From: Gammaproteobacteria bacterium
GTDB taxonomy: Bacteria > Pseudomonadota > Gammaproteobacteria > DSM-19610
NCBI GenBank assembly: GCA_030621785.1
Contig: JAUXGZ010000001.1
Location: 6,690 to 70,689 of the forward strand
Direction of reading: 5' to 3'
Length of the DNA stretch: 64,000 bases
A program made the translations under genes and the position numbers. Below the pieces are notes generated by a model. The model was not told the DNA's origin. It saw only the letters and a program-made list of their open reading frames with translations, and did no database searches. This document shows positions 38,551 through 48,065 of the stretch, piece by piece. How positions within the stretch are numbered: the first letter of the stretch is position 1; the number at the start of each line of letters is the position of its first letter.

Positions 38551-39420
38551 CCACACCGTGACACGGCGGTTGCGCGCCCAGACCTGTTCACCGGATCCGG
38601 CTACCAGCGGTTCAGCTGCACCGAAATAGCGCGTGTCGACCGCCTTCGACGGCACACCGCGCGAGCGCAGGTAACGCGCTACCATGTCCGCCCGACGACG
38701 TGACAGGTCCATGTTGTAACCGGACGTGCCACGGTCGTCGGCGTGCCCGCCCAGTACTATGCGGAAATCATGCTGCTTGCGATACTTGCGGGCAACCTCT
38801 TCCAGCACCCGGCGGGTGGCGCGACTCAGCCCGGTGCTGTTGGTCGTAAATAACACGGTCTGTTCTGCCAGAGGCTCAAAATCCAGCTGCAGCAGACCCG
38901 CCGTACAGTGCAGAAACTCCGGCAGCGCCTGCCTGAAACGCACCGGCATCAGGGACACCTGCACCTCATCGCGGGCATCGCCCCAGTCTGAAAACTCGAT
39001 TACCGGCTTCATACCGCTCTCGAGTTCATCGTACAGGCGCTGGGCCTGCTCGCGCGGCACCTCCAGGGGCGTCTTGCCCTTGTGCAGGGTGAAGTTCCCC
39101 AGCAGCCGGCCTTGCCCGCCGTGCGTCCACGGCAGTACCGCCGCATGTATCCGTGCAGTCCCGTCCTCTATCGGCGGCTGGTCCACCAGTAGTGAAAACT
39201 GCAGTCGATGCCCCGACTGCTGCTCGAAACGTGCCCGGCCGAAACGAGGGATCTCGTGGGTAAGGGTGCAGCGCTGCGCTGCTGCCACCACTGTCCAGCT
39301 GGACTGCTCCCAGCTCGCATGGAACTGTTGCACCCGCCCTGCCGCCGACCCGGCAAACAGCAAGCCGGGCAAACACATCCACCAGAGTAACGATCCCGGT
39401 ATATACTTATGTCTAGTCAT
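38533..39420 (-). CDS. MotY-like protein (MotY_N + OmpA-like peptidoglycan-binding domain)
   Basis: SWEQSSW..CTLTHEIPRFGRARF, GHADDRG..YNMDLSRRRA, NRRV. Confidence 0.75.
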   Translation of the reverse strand: MTRHKYIPGSLLWWMCLPGLLFAGSAAGRVQQFHASWEQSSWTVVAAAQRCTLTHEIPRFGRARFEQQSGHRLQFSLLVDQPPIEDGTARIHAAVLPWTHGGQGRLLGNFTLHKGKTPLEVPREQAQRLYDELESGMKPVIEFSDWGDARDEVQVSLMPVRFRQALPEFLHCTAGLLQLDFEPLAEQTVLFTTNSTGLSRATRRVLEEVARKYRKQHDFRIVLGGHADDRGTSGYNMDLSRRRADMVARYLRSRGVPSKAVDTRYFGAAEPLVAGSGEQVWARNRRVTVWLAATG

Positions 39421-39693
39421 ACCTTTTTTTCGACGCTATCGGCATAATTCTTGAGTGGTCGTTGTCGATATCTGGGACGCAGTTCCGGAATCTGTCAGGC
39501 CGGAATCAGATCTATTTTGTCAGGATCCTGTACAAACTTACAGAATGTGAAAAACCCTGATAATTAGCATTTAATTATATATATAACAAATTCTTATGCA
39601 CTAATTTACCTTCGGAAAGTGGCCCGCAGAGCTCTTGAGCAATGCCAGAAACCACGGATATAGACCGAAAATAGACGACTTTTTTGCCAAAAA

Positions 39694-39710
39694 CGTCGGA
39701 ATTTCTTACA
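39694..39710 (+). promoter_or_regulatory. 17-bp enhancer-like box
   Basis: CGTCGGAATTTCTTACA, ~85 nt upstream of the -24 element. A weaker TGTCAGGATCCTGTACA lies near 39517. Confidence 0.6.
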
Positions 39711-39794
39711 TTTTTACCCGGAAACACAGGCCTGATACATGAACAAACTCCCTCCCAACTCATAACCATTTGTACATATGTTATTTTTTTTATT

Positions 39795-39810
39795 TGGCTC
39801 GTTTCTTGCT
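39795..39810 (+). promoter_or_regulatory. Sigma-54 promoter
   Basis: TGGCTCGTTTCTTGCT (GG-N10-GC). Confidence 0.7.
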
Positions 39811-39950
39811 GTACCCACAGGCAACACGTCGCTATCTACTTCGCATGTGCCAACCGGGGCTGGCCTGACACACCAGCTATATAATGGATCAAGAGACCGG
39901 ATGATCGCGCACGGGAACAGGGACCCATCAGGATACTGGCGTCATGATTC

Positions 39951-41153
39951 ATGACTGAGCACCTGTTACGAGCCATTATTATGACCCTGTGCGCATCGAC
40001 AATTTCAGGAAATTGCCCCGCCGGCGAGTGGTCGGGCAATGTCGCGGCCGAGTGGACCGGTTTCAACAAGGATCCGCTATCCGGCGAACAGCATCGCAGC
40101 TACCCGTCGGTTTCCGCCGAACCCGAGTACTACCACGAATGGGATGATGGCAAACGCACCTTCCTGTTCCGGCCATTTGCCCGTCTCGACAAGAATGATT
40201 CACGCCGTACCCACGCCGATATACGCGAACTGAACTTCAGCATGATCGAGAATGAATGGGAACTTACCACGGGCATCGGCAAGGTATTCTGGGGTATCAC
40301 CGAAAGTCAGCACCTGGTCGATATTGTCAATCAGACCGACCTGGTAGAGGATACCGACGGCGAAGACAAGCTTGGCCAGCCGATGCTCAACCTCGCCCTG
40401 ATCCCTGACGTCGGCACACTCGACCTGTTCGTGCTACCGGGTTTCCGTACGCGCACCTTCCCCGGCAAACATGGTCGACCCCGATTCGCCCTGAAAATCC
40501 GGGACCAGAACGACCCCAAATACGAGTCCGGAGCGAAGGAAAAGCATGTCGACCTGGCAGCCCGCTGGTACCAGATGCTCGGCAACTGGGAAATCGCCGT
40601 ATCGCACTTTCGCGGTACATCACGCGCCCCCACCTTCAAGTTGACCGGTGGCGGTCCAACTTCACCGCCGGAACTGGTTCCACTGTATAACCAGATCAAC
40701 CAGACCGGCCTCGAAGTCCAGGGGGTATTCGGCGCCTGGTTGTGGAAACTGGAAGCCATCCGCAACGCCGGCTTCGACAACAAGAACTACAAGGCCGCCA
40801 CGGGCGGATTCGAATACACCTACGTGCTGAAATCCGGCTTCGAACTCGGCGCCCTGCTGGAATATTCGTGGGACGATCGCGGTCGGGATGCCAACACCCA
40901 GTTCCAGAGCGACGTACTGGTCGGCACCCGACTGACATTCAATGACGTGCAAAGTACACAGGTGCTGGCCGGTGTGCTGATCGATACCGGCGGAGCCGGT
41001 CGCAGTTACAACATCGAGGCAGAGCGCCGGATCGGCGACAGCTGGAAAGCCTCTCTGGAAGCCCGTGGTGTGTTCCATGTAAGCCCCGATGATTTCATGT
41101 ACCAGTTCAGGCGTGACAATCTGATACGCATCGATCTGGCCAGATATTTCTGA
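39951..41153 (+). CDS. Outer-membrane beta-barrel protein of unknown function
   Basis: Signal peptide, THADIREL, GIGKVFWGITESQHLVDIVNQTD, KLGQPM, alternating beta strands, C-terminal YF. Confidence 0.75.
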   Translation: MTEHLLRAIIMTLCASTISGNCPAGEWSGNVAAEWTGFNKDPLSGEQHRSYPSVSAEPEYYHEWDDGKRTFLFRPFARLDKNDSRRTHADIRELNFSMIENEWELTTGIGKVFWGITESQHLVDIVNQTDLVEDTDGEDKLGQPMLNLALIPDVGTLDLFVLPGFRTRTFPGKHGRPRFALKIRDQNDPKYESGAKEKHVDLAARWYQMLGNWEIAVSHFRGTSRAPTFKLTGGGPTSPPELVPLYNQINQTGLEVQGVFGAWLWKLEAIRNAGFDNKNYKAATGGFEYTYVLKSGFELGALLEYSWDDRGRDANTQFQSDVLVGTRLTFNDVQSTQVLAGVLIDTGGAGRSYNIEAERRIGDSWKASLEARGVFHVSPDDFMYQFRRDNLIRIDLARYF

Positions 41154-41183
41154 CAATAATTACTACAAAGAGAAATCGAACCC

Positions 41184-41969
41184 ATGAATACCTCGTCCCC
41201 GATATCGCAAGAACAGACCGTAACCGACACGCCCGGCAAGCAGAAGCTGACCGGGATTTTCATCGTCGGACACCAGGACTTCTCCATCGACGGCCTGGTC
41301 CGCATGATCGAGTCAAGCACCGACAGCTGCACAGTTACCTGCGTGGAAAACATCCAGACCTGCATGCAAAAGCTTGCTACCACCCGACCGGACGTTCTGC
41401 TGGTACAGAACGAAATCCTGGCTGAACCGGCAGAACTTTCTATCCAGGACATCTTCCGCCAGGATGCCACAATCCGCATCCTGGTGTTCGGCAGAAACAT
41501 GACTGACGAACGCCTGTACCGACTGGTTAACGCCGGTGTACAGGGGTACATCAATGAACGCATGAACGGCGAGCACGTCCGCGCTGCACTGCAGAGCATC
41601 ATTTCAGGCCAGACCTGGATCGAACGCCACATCATGGAGCGCTTCATTACCACCCAGCACGATTTTGATAGCTTGCTGGAAACACGCTTCCTCAACAGAA
41701 TCGACGAACTGTGCACCCACCTCAGCCGTCGTGAAACAGAAATCCTGTGTCAGGTTATCCGGGGACTGCCGATCAAACAGATTGCAGAAGAAGTTCACTT
41801 GTCCGACCAGGGCGTAAAAATGCACCTTTCAAAGCTGTTCAAGAAATTCAAGGTATCCAGTCGCAATCAGCTGATACTGGCCGCTCTGGACGAGATCAGC
41901 CCGATAGACCACTTGTCGTTGATGTTGCGCGACGGACTGGAACGCAAACTCCAGCACCTTCCACGCTAG
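41184..41969 (+). CDS. NarL/LuxR-family regulator with atypical receiver domain
   Basis: LSRRETEIL..GLPIKQIAEEVHLSDQGVKMHL HTH; the receiver lacks the phospho-Asp (DVLLVQN). Confidence 0.85.
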   Translation: MNTSSPISQEQTVTDTPGKQKLTGIFIVGHQDFSIDGLVRMIESSTDSCTVTCVENIQTCMQKLATTRPDVLLVQNEILAEPAELSIQDIFRQDATIRILVFGRNMTDERLYRLVNAGVQGYINERMNGEHVRAALQSIISGQTWIERHIMERFITTQHDFDSLLETRFLNRIDELCTHLSRRETEILCQVIRGLPIKQIAEEVHLSDQGVKMHLSKLFKKFKVSSRNQLILAALDEISPIDHLSLMLRDGLERKLQHLPR

Positions 41970-42026
41970 CGCGCACCTTTAGCCTGACGGCCCCACTTTC
42001 GGCAAGCTGCCAATTTGGCATAGCAA

Positions 42027-42054
42027 TAACATACACTTAGCGAAGTGTATGTTA
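42027..42054. repeat. Perfect 12-bp inverted repeat (operator or hairpin)
   Basis: TAACATACACTT-AGCG-AAGTGTATGTTA. Confidence 0.8.
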
Positions 42055-42183
42055 GTCACATTCAGCGCTCGATCAAATACTTATAATGGGACCTCGTGAA
42101 AATCGGGGCATTCTGGCCTAGAATGCTCATACTGGCCTGCGATTCTGTCATGGAACCAGGACCGGCGGACGGGAGGCAACATT

Positions 42184-43533
42184 ATGCAAAAAAAACTATC
42201 GGTCGAGGTGCAGTCCCTCATTGATGCGCAGGACAATCCGTTTGTCCTGATCGACGAGAACTACAACATCGTGGCGGCCAATACAGCCTACCAACAATCC
42301 TACAGCGTGCGTGACACGGATATCGTGGGACACAAGTGCCACCAGATATCGCACCGTTCCGAGGTGCCCTGCCACATGAACGGTGAAGACTGTCCGCACA
42401 AGCAGGTATTCGATACCCGCAAACCCTACCAGGTTCTGCACATCCACTATGACACCGACTCGCAACCCGAACACGTGCGCATCAAGGGCTCACCGGTGTT
42501 CGGCCCCGGTGGAGAAATGTACCTGGGCGAGGCCGTCTTTCCGCTGGCAAACAGTGGCGACCTGGATTGCGAGCAACAACGCATGATCGGCAAATCCAAA
42601 GCCTTCCTCCGCTGCATCGAAAATCTTACCCGGGCGGCGGAAACCGATGCAACCGTTCTGTTGTGCGGCGAAAGTGGCGCAGGCAAGGATCTGGCCGCGA
42701 AGTACATAAAGAACCGTTCAGATCGAAAAGACCACAATTTCACCATGATCGACTGCGCCGCGATTTCAGAATCTGTCTTTGAAAGTGAACTGTTCGGTCA
42801 CGAACGTGGCGCCTTCACCGGCTGCGTCGGGCGGCGCCACGGGCTGTTTGAACAGGCCGACGGCGGCACCCTGTTCTTTAATGAAATCGGCGACCTGCCT
42901 TCCGCCTTGCAGGGGCGCCTGCTGAATGCCATGGAAACCGGGCAGTTCCGCCGCGTGGGCGGCCGTGAGCTGCTGTCCGCCGATGTACGCATCATCTGCG
43001 CCACCAGCAAGAACCTGCGCCAGCTGGTAGCCGGCAACGGTTTCCGGGCCGATCTGTACTACCGTATCGCCGGTATTATCTGCGAAATTCCACCACTGCG
43101 GGAGCGCCGCGAGGACATTCCCGAAATTGCCCGGGCCTTCCTGAAACACGTCAGCAACAAGTACAATCGCAGCTACCACCTCGACGACGAAGCTATCGAG
43201 CTTCTGCTGCAGCACGACTACCCGGGCAATCTGCGCGAACTGCGAAACGCCATGCAGCGGGCAGCCGCACTGAGCACCAGCGGCCTCATTACCCGACAGG
43301 AAATCCACCTGGATACACCGGTTAAAACCGGCATTGTCGACAACGTTCAACAGGCAGACCGGGATAACGGCCAGGAACCGTCCATGAAAGGGCTGGAGTC
43401 CCAGTACATTGCAGAACTGCTGGCCGAGCACCAGGGCAAACGCTCCATGGTGGCACAGATACTGGACATCAGCGAACGTACCCTGTACCGCAAGCTCAAG
43501 CAGTATGGCCTGCAATCCGTGGGGCGAATCTGA
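42184..43533 (+). CDS. PAS-domain sigma-54 enhancer-binding (Fis-HTH) regulator
   Basis: PAS with CHQISH..PC..CPH, GESGAGKD, ESELFGHERGAFTGC, FRADLYYRI, YPGNLREL, ERTLYRKL. Confidence 0.9.
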   Translation: MQKKLSVEVQSLIDAQDNPFVLIDENYNIVAANTAYQQSYSVRDTDIVGHKCHQISHRSEVPCHMNGEDCPHKQVFDTRKPYQVLHIHYDTDSQPEHVRIKGSPVFGPGGEMYLGEAVFPLANSGDLDCEQQRMIGKSKAFLRCIENLTRAAETDATVLLCGESGAGKDLAAKYIKNRSDRKDHNFTMIDCAAISESVFESELFGHERGAFTGCVGRRHGLFEQADGGTLFFNEIGDLPSALQGRLLNAMETGQFRRVGGRELLSADVRIICATSKNLRQLVAGNGFRADLYYRIAGIICEIPPLRERREDIPEIARAFLKHVSNKYNRSYHLDDEAIELLLQHDYPGNLRELRNAMQRAAALSTSGLITRQEIHLDTPVKTGIVDNVQQADRDNGQEPSMKGLESQYIAELLAEHQGKRSMVAQILDISERTLYRKLKQYGLQSVGRI

Positions 43534-43600
43534 GCCCGGGTTCACGGCAGCTGCGACAACGGGTCTGCATTCCCGGCGACGCATTAATCAGCGGAAAAAA

Positions 43601-44743
43601 ATGAAGCCACCACTCCTTGAGATGATCGATACCCTGCTGTCCATTCCGTCGGTCAGCAGCGTGGAACCGGAACTCGACCAGGGTAACCGGGCGGTCATCG
43701 AACAGCTCGCCAACTGGCTGCACGATCTGGGTTACCGGATCGAGATCATACCGGTCGCGAACGAACCGGAAAAGACCAACCTGATAGCGACCCTGGGCAG
43801 TGGACCCGGCGGCCTGGTACTGGCCGGCCACACCGACACCGTACCCTGGGACGAGGGCCGCTGGAACACCGATCCTTTCCGCATGACCGAAAAGGACGGG
43901 CGCCTGTACGGGCTGGGCAGCAGTGACATGAAAGCCTTTCTGGCGCTGGCCATCGAAGCAGCACAGGCATTCAGCGCCGACCAGCTACGCGAACCGCTTA
44001 TCCTGGTTGCTACTGCAGACGAAGAAAGCTCCATGTCCGGCGCCCGCGCCCTGTCGGACGCTCGGCTGCCACAGGCACGCCACGCTATCATCGGTGAACC
44101 GACCGGCCTGCGGCCAATACGTATGCACAAGGGCATCATGATGGAAGCCATCCACGTAACTGGACAATCAGGGCATTCCAGCGATCCATCCCTGGGCAAG
44201 AGTGCACTCGAAGGCATGCACAGCGTCATCACAGAGCTACTGCAATGGCGCCGGGAACTGCAACAGAAAAACCGTGATCCACAATTCTCGGTCCCGGTTC
44301 CAACCATGAACCTGGGGCATATACACGGCGGCGATAATCCCAACCGCATCTGTGCGGAATGCGAACTGCATATCGACCTGCGACCACTGCCCGGCATGAG
44401 CCTGGAAGAACTGCGCAACACCATGCAGCAACGACTGCAGCACCGCCTCGAAGACAGCGGTCTGAGCCTGAGTTGCAGACCACTGTTTGACGGCGTGCCG
44501 GCCATGGAGACGCCAGCCGGCAGTGACATTGTGCGCGCCGCCGAATCGCTCACCGGACACAGCGCAACAGCCGCAGCATTCGCCACCGAAGCACCCTTTT
44601 TCAATGGCATGGGCATGAACACGCTGGTACTGGGCCCCGGCGATATCGACCAGGCCCACCAGCCGGATGAATACCTCGCCATGGACCGCATACGACCAAC
44701 CATCGATCTGCTACAGGCATTCATTGGTAAATTCTGTACCTGA
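43601..44743 (+). CDS. argE: Acetylornithine deacetylase
   Basis: LAGHTDTVP, GLGSSDMK, ADEESSM, IGEPT, QAHQPDE; lies upstream of argA. Confidence 0.93.
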   Translation: MKPPLLEMIDTLLSIPSVSSVEPELDQGNRAVIEQLANWLHDLGYRIEIIPVANEPEKTNLIATLGSGPGGLVLAGHTDTVPWDEGRWNTDPFRMTEKDGRLYGLGSSDMKAFLALAIEAAQAFSADQLREPLILVATADEESSMSGARALSDARLPQARHAIIGEPTGLRPIRMHKGIMMEAIHVTGQSGHSSDPSLGKSALEGMHSVITELLQWRRELQQKNRDPQFSVPVPTMNLGHIHGGDNPNRICAECELHIDLRPLPGMSLEELRNTMQQRLQHRLEDSGLSLSCRPLFDGVPAMETPAGSDIVRAAESLTGHSATAAAFATEAPFFNGMGMNTLVLGPGDIDQAHQPDEYLAMDRIRPTIDLLQAFIGKFCT

Positions 44744-44890
44744 ACCAGTAACCCTGTGTTGGGCTTCACAGGCTCAGCCCATACGCCGCGAGCCCCACGC
44801 CCTCGCTTGATCAGCTCGCCCCGCGGTGAGAAATACGGGCCAGCGCCTCGCGTGTTGTATTGACGATACCGAAACCGGTACTCTACCCTC

Positions 44891-46222
44891 ATGACCAGAA
44901 ACACAAAAAATCACACAGAGCAGGATTTTGTCGCCAGCATACGGCAGGCAGCACCGTACGTGCAGGCACACCATGGTTCCACCGTCGTGCTGATGTTCGG
45001 CGGCGAGGCGGTAGAGGATGAATCATTCGATTGCCTGGTCAACGACATTGCCCTTATACAAACGCTTGGCATCCGGCTGGTACTGGTACACGGCGCACGC
45101 CCGCAGATAGAGCAGCGACTGAAACAACGCAAGGCCGCGATACACTATATAAATGCCCTCAGAGTCACCGATGACGACGCCCTGGCCGCGGTCAGGGATG
45201 CCAACGGCAGCCTGCGGGTGGAGATCGAAGCCAGGCTGTCCATGGGCCTGGTGAACGCACCCACACCGGGTGCACGCATCGGCGTTGCCTCCGGCAACTT
45301 CGTCATCGCCAGACCCCTGGGCATACACAATGGAGTGGATTACTGCCACACCGGCGAAGTCCGGCGCATCGATGCCGATGGCATTCACCAGCAACTGGAT
45401 GCCGGCCGCATGGTATTGCTGTCGTCCATCGGCTACTCACCCACGGGGGAGGTTTTCAATCTCAGTGCCGAAGAAGTGGCGACCGCCACGGCCATTGCGC
45501 TACACGCCGACAAGCTGGTCATCCTGGTAGAAGGCAAAAGCCTGCGCAACACCCGGCGACAGCTGATTCGTCAGTTGTCACTGCTGGAAGCGGAACAACT
45601 GCTGCAGTCACGGCGCAAACTCAACAGTGAATGGATCCGCCATCTGGGCCATGCGATCGACAGCTGCAGGCGCGGAGTAAATCGAACCCACCTGATCGAA
45701 CGCTCCACCGATGGCGGCCTGCTACTGGAACTGTTTACCCGTGACGGCATCGGTATGCTGATCAGTGCCGAGAGCTATGAGGGACTGCGCCCCGCCAGCA
45801 TCGATGATGTTGGCGGCATACTCCGGCTGATCGAGCCACTGGAAGAACAGGGTGTACTGGTCAAGCGTTCGCGCGAACGGCTGGAAATGGAAATCAACCA
45901 CTTCCTGGTAGTCAGAAGAGACGGCATGATCGTCGCCTGCGCAGCACTCTATCCCTGTGAAGGTGGCGCTGCCGAGATTGCCTGCCTGGCGGTACACCCG
46001 GAGTACCGTAAGCAGGGCCGCGCCAGCAGCCTGCTCACCGCAGTGGAAAGCAAGGCCCGTCAGGCCGGTATCCGGCAACTGTTCGTGCTCACCACCCAGA
46101 CTTCGCACTGGTTCCGTGAACGCGGCTTTCACAGTGCGGAACTGGCATCCCTGCCGGTAAAGAGGCGCAGCCTGTACAACTACCAGCGGAAATCCAGGGT
46201 CCTGATCAAGGCGATCGAATAG
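44891..46222 (+). CDS. argA: Amino-acid N-acetyltransferase
   Basis: LVHGARPQI, LLLELFTRDGIG, C-terminal GNAT, YNYQRKS. Confidence 0.95.
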   Translation: MTRNTKNHTEQDFVASIRQAAPYVQAHHGSTVVLMFGGEAVEDESFDCLVNDIALIQTLGIRLVLVHGARPQIEQRLKQRKAAIHYINALRVTDDDALAAVRDANGSLRVEIEARLSMGLVNAPTPGARIGVASGNFVIARPLGIHNGVDYCHTGEVRRIDADGIHQQLDAGRMVLLSSIGYSPTGEVFNLSAEEVATATAIALHADKLVILVEGKSLRNTRRQLIRQLSLLEAEQLLQSRRKLNSEWIRHLGHAIDSCRRGVNRTHLIERSTDGGLLLELFTRDGIGMLISAESYEGLRPASIDDVGGILRLIEPLEEQGVLVKRSRERLEMEINHFLVVRRDGMIVACAALYPCEGGAAEIACLAVHPEYRKQGRASSLLTAVESKARQAGIRQLFVLTTQTSHWFRERGFHSAELASLPVKRRSLYNYQRKSRVLIKAIE

Positions 46223-46223
46223 C

Positions 46224-47015
46224 GTGGCGAAACCACTACGCATCCTGCAAATTACGGATACCCACCTGTATGCATCCCCGGACGGGCGGCTGCTCGGCCT
46301 GAATACTCTTGATTGCCTGCAACAGGTCATTGAATTAGCCCGGCAGGCGCCGGCAGCCGAGCTGGTAGTTGCCAGCGGGGATCTGACCCACGATGGCAGC
46401 GCCGATGCCTATCAGCGGGTACGCGAATGCTTCGCACCGCTGGGCGTGCCGGTCTACTGCCTGCCCGGTAACCACGACGAAGCCGGCATGCTGAAAGCGC
46501 ACCTGCAAACCCCTCCCTTCCATACCCGTCCCGCATTGATTCACGGCCGCTGGCAACTGCTGTTGCTCGATTCAACCGTGCCCGGCAGGGAAGGAGGTCA
46601 TGTCAGCGAAGCGGAACTGGCCGCACTCGATCAGGCTCTGACCCGGCACAGGAACCTGCATGCACTGGTCTTTGTGCATCACCAGCCGGTACCGGTTGGC
46701 AGCGCCTGGCTGGACACCATGGCGATTGATAATCCGGACGCACTGTTTGCCGTCCTCGACCGCCATCCCCAGACACGTGCCATCGTCTGGGGGCACGTAC
46801 ATCAGGAATTCGACAGCCAAAGCAAAGACATCCGGCTGCTGGCCACACCATCCACCTGCCTGCAATTCATGCCGGGCAGCAAGGACTTCAGCGTGGACAC
46901 TCGCCCGCCCGGTTTCCGCTGGCTGGAATTGCATGCGGACGGACGACTCGAAACCGGCATCGAACGCTTGCCAGAGACACCCGGCAGCATCGACCTGACC
47001 AGCCGCGGATACTAG
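46224..47015 (+). CDS. cpdA: 3',5'-cyclic-AMP phosphodiesterase
   Basis: QITDTHL, SGDLTHD, PGNHD, HHQP, WGHVHQ, TPSTCLQF. Confidence 0.9.
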   Translation: MAKPLRILQITDTHLYASPDGRLLGLNTLDCLQQVIELARQAPAAELVVASGDLTHDGSADAYQRVRECFAPLGVPVYCLPGNHDEAGMLKAHLQTPPFHTRPALIHGRWQLLLLDSTVPGREGGHVSEAELAALDQALTRHRNLHALVFVHHQPVPVGSAWLDTMAIDNPDALFAVLDRHPQTRAIVWGHVHQEFDSQSKDIRLLATPSTCLQFMPGSKDFSVDTRPPGFRWLELHADGRLETGIERLPETPGSIDLTSRGY

Positions 47016-47043
47016 CGTACTGTGTAACAAACAACCTGCACCA

Positions 47044-48063
47044 TCACTCTGGCAGCGGGTAACGCTCCATCAGATAGCCGAGACAATCCTGTCGGATAAC
47101 GCGCTCGTCCAGCGTGAACATGGACGGCATCAAGGCACGCCTGGTCAGCAGCAGACCGTCTTCGACGCGAAAGAACCGCTCCGCAGACTCCTGGCCGTTT
47201 TCGTCTCGTGCCTCCAGCGGCATACCCTGTACGCCATCCAGGTGCGCCAGTACCGTACCCGGCGGCAGTTCACGGAAATTCAGATGATCGAGGTCTTGCT
47301 TGAAACAAATATCGACCGGATGCTCACCAAAACCAAAACTGTAGGCGCGCGGAACATGTACCGTAGCCACGGTATGAAACAAATCCACGTCGCGGGCGGC
47401 CACCGGATGCGCCGGAATCTTGCTGAGGTGCAGGCAGGCATCCAGAAATTCGGTGGCATGTTCCACGCCGGCACGCTGCCCCACCTTGCCGCATTCCACC
47501 GTCACCGCCGGGCACAGGCCGGCAAAGGTCATGGACTGCACGCCCGCCGGACGGATGAAGTACACCAGGGTACGGCTGAACAGGCTGCCCAGCTGAAAAA
47601 AACGGTGGTCGATGCGGTTGACGCAGGCGTAGTGCGGGTTGATACCGGTATTGTTGTGCAAATCAACACTGGCAAAAGGATTGCGCCGACGCATGGCCTC
47701 ATAGACTTCGAGCATCATGCGTTTTTCCGGACAGTCTGCATGATCGCCGCCCGGCCATACCCGGTTATAGTCCGGCTGACCGGCCAGCCGCCGCAGGCCG
47801 TCACGCGCAGCTTCCACATTGCCCACGAACATACTCAGTGCACGCGGCAGTTCCTGCTCGCGGTAACGCTGCAGCAGTGCCTGCACAGCCAGCAAACCAG
47901 TCGTTTCGTTACCGTGTAACAACATCGACACGAACAATGGTTGCTCACGCCGGCCCGGCAGATGAATCAACGCCGGACCACCCAGCAGTTCTGCCAGCTG
48001 CCGGGCCTGTGCGTGAATGAAGCCCTCCGGGAGCCGTTCAAAATGCCCGAGCATGCTACTCAT
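47044..48063 (-). CDS. M14/AstE-AspA-family metallo-amidohydrolase
   Basis: LLHGNETTG, DYNRVW, VDLHNNTG, VTVECG. Confidence 0.8.
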   Translation of the reverse strand: MSSMLGHFERLPEGFIHAQARQLAELLGGPALIHLPGRREQPLFVSMLLHGNETTGLLAVQALLQRYREQELPRALSMFVGNVEAARDGLRRLAGQPDYNRVWPGGDHADCPEKRMMLEVYEAMRRRNPFASVDLHNNTGINPHYACVNRIDHRFFQLGSLFSRTLVYFIRPAGVQSMTFAGLCPAVTVECGKVGQRAGVEHATEFLDACLHLSKIPAHPVAARDVDLFHTVATVHVPRAYSFGFGEHPVDICFKQDLDHLNFRELPPGTVLAHLDGVQGMPLEARDENGQESAERFFRVEDGLLLTRRALMPSMFTLDERVIRQDCLGYLMERYPLPE

Positions 48064-48065
48064 GG

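Noticed and set aside
44758-44784. REP-like GTTGGGCT...AGCCCA hairpin, with a weak similar sequence near 5960
   Set aside because: Only two degenerate copies; not enough to call a repeat family.
43732-44904. 390-aa minus-strand ORF
   Set aside because: Antisense shadow of argE with Ser/Arg-rich, non-protein-like composition.
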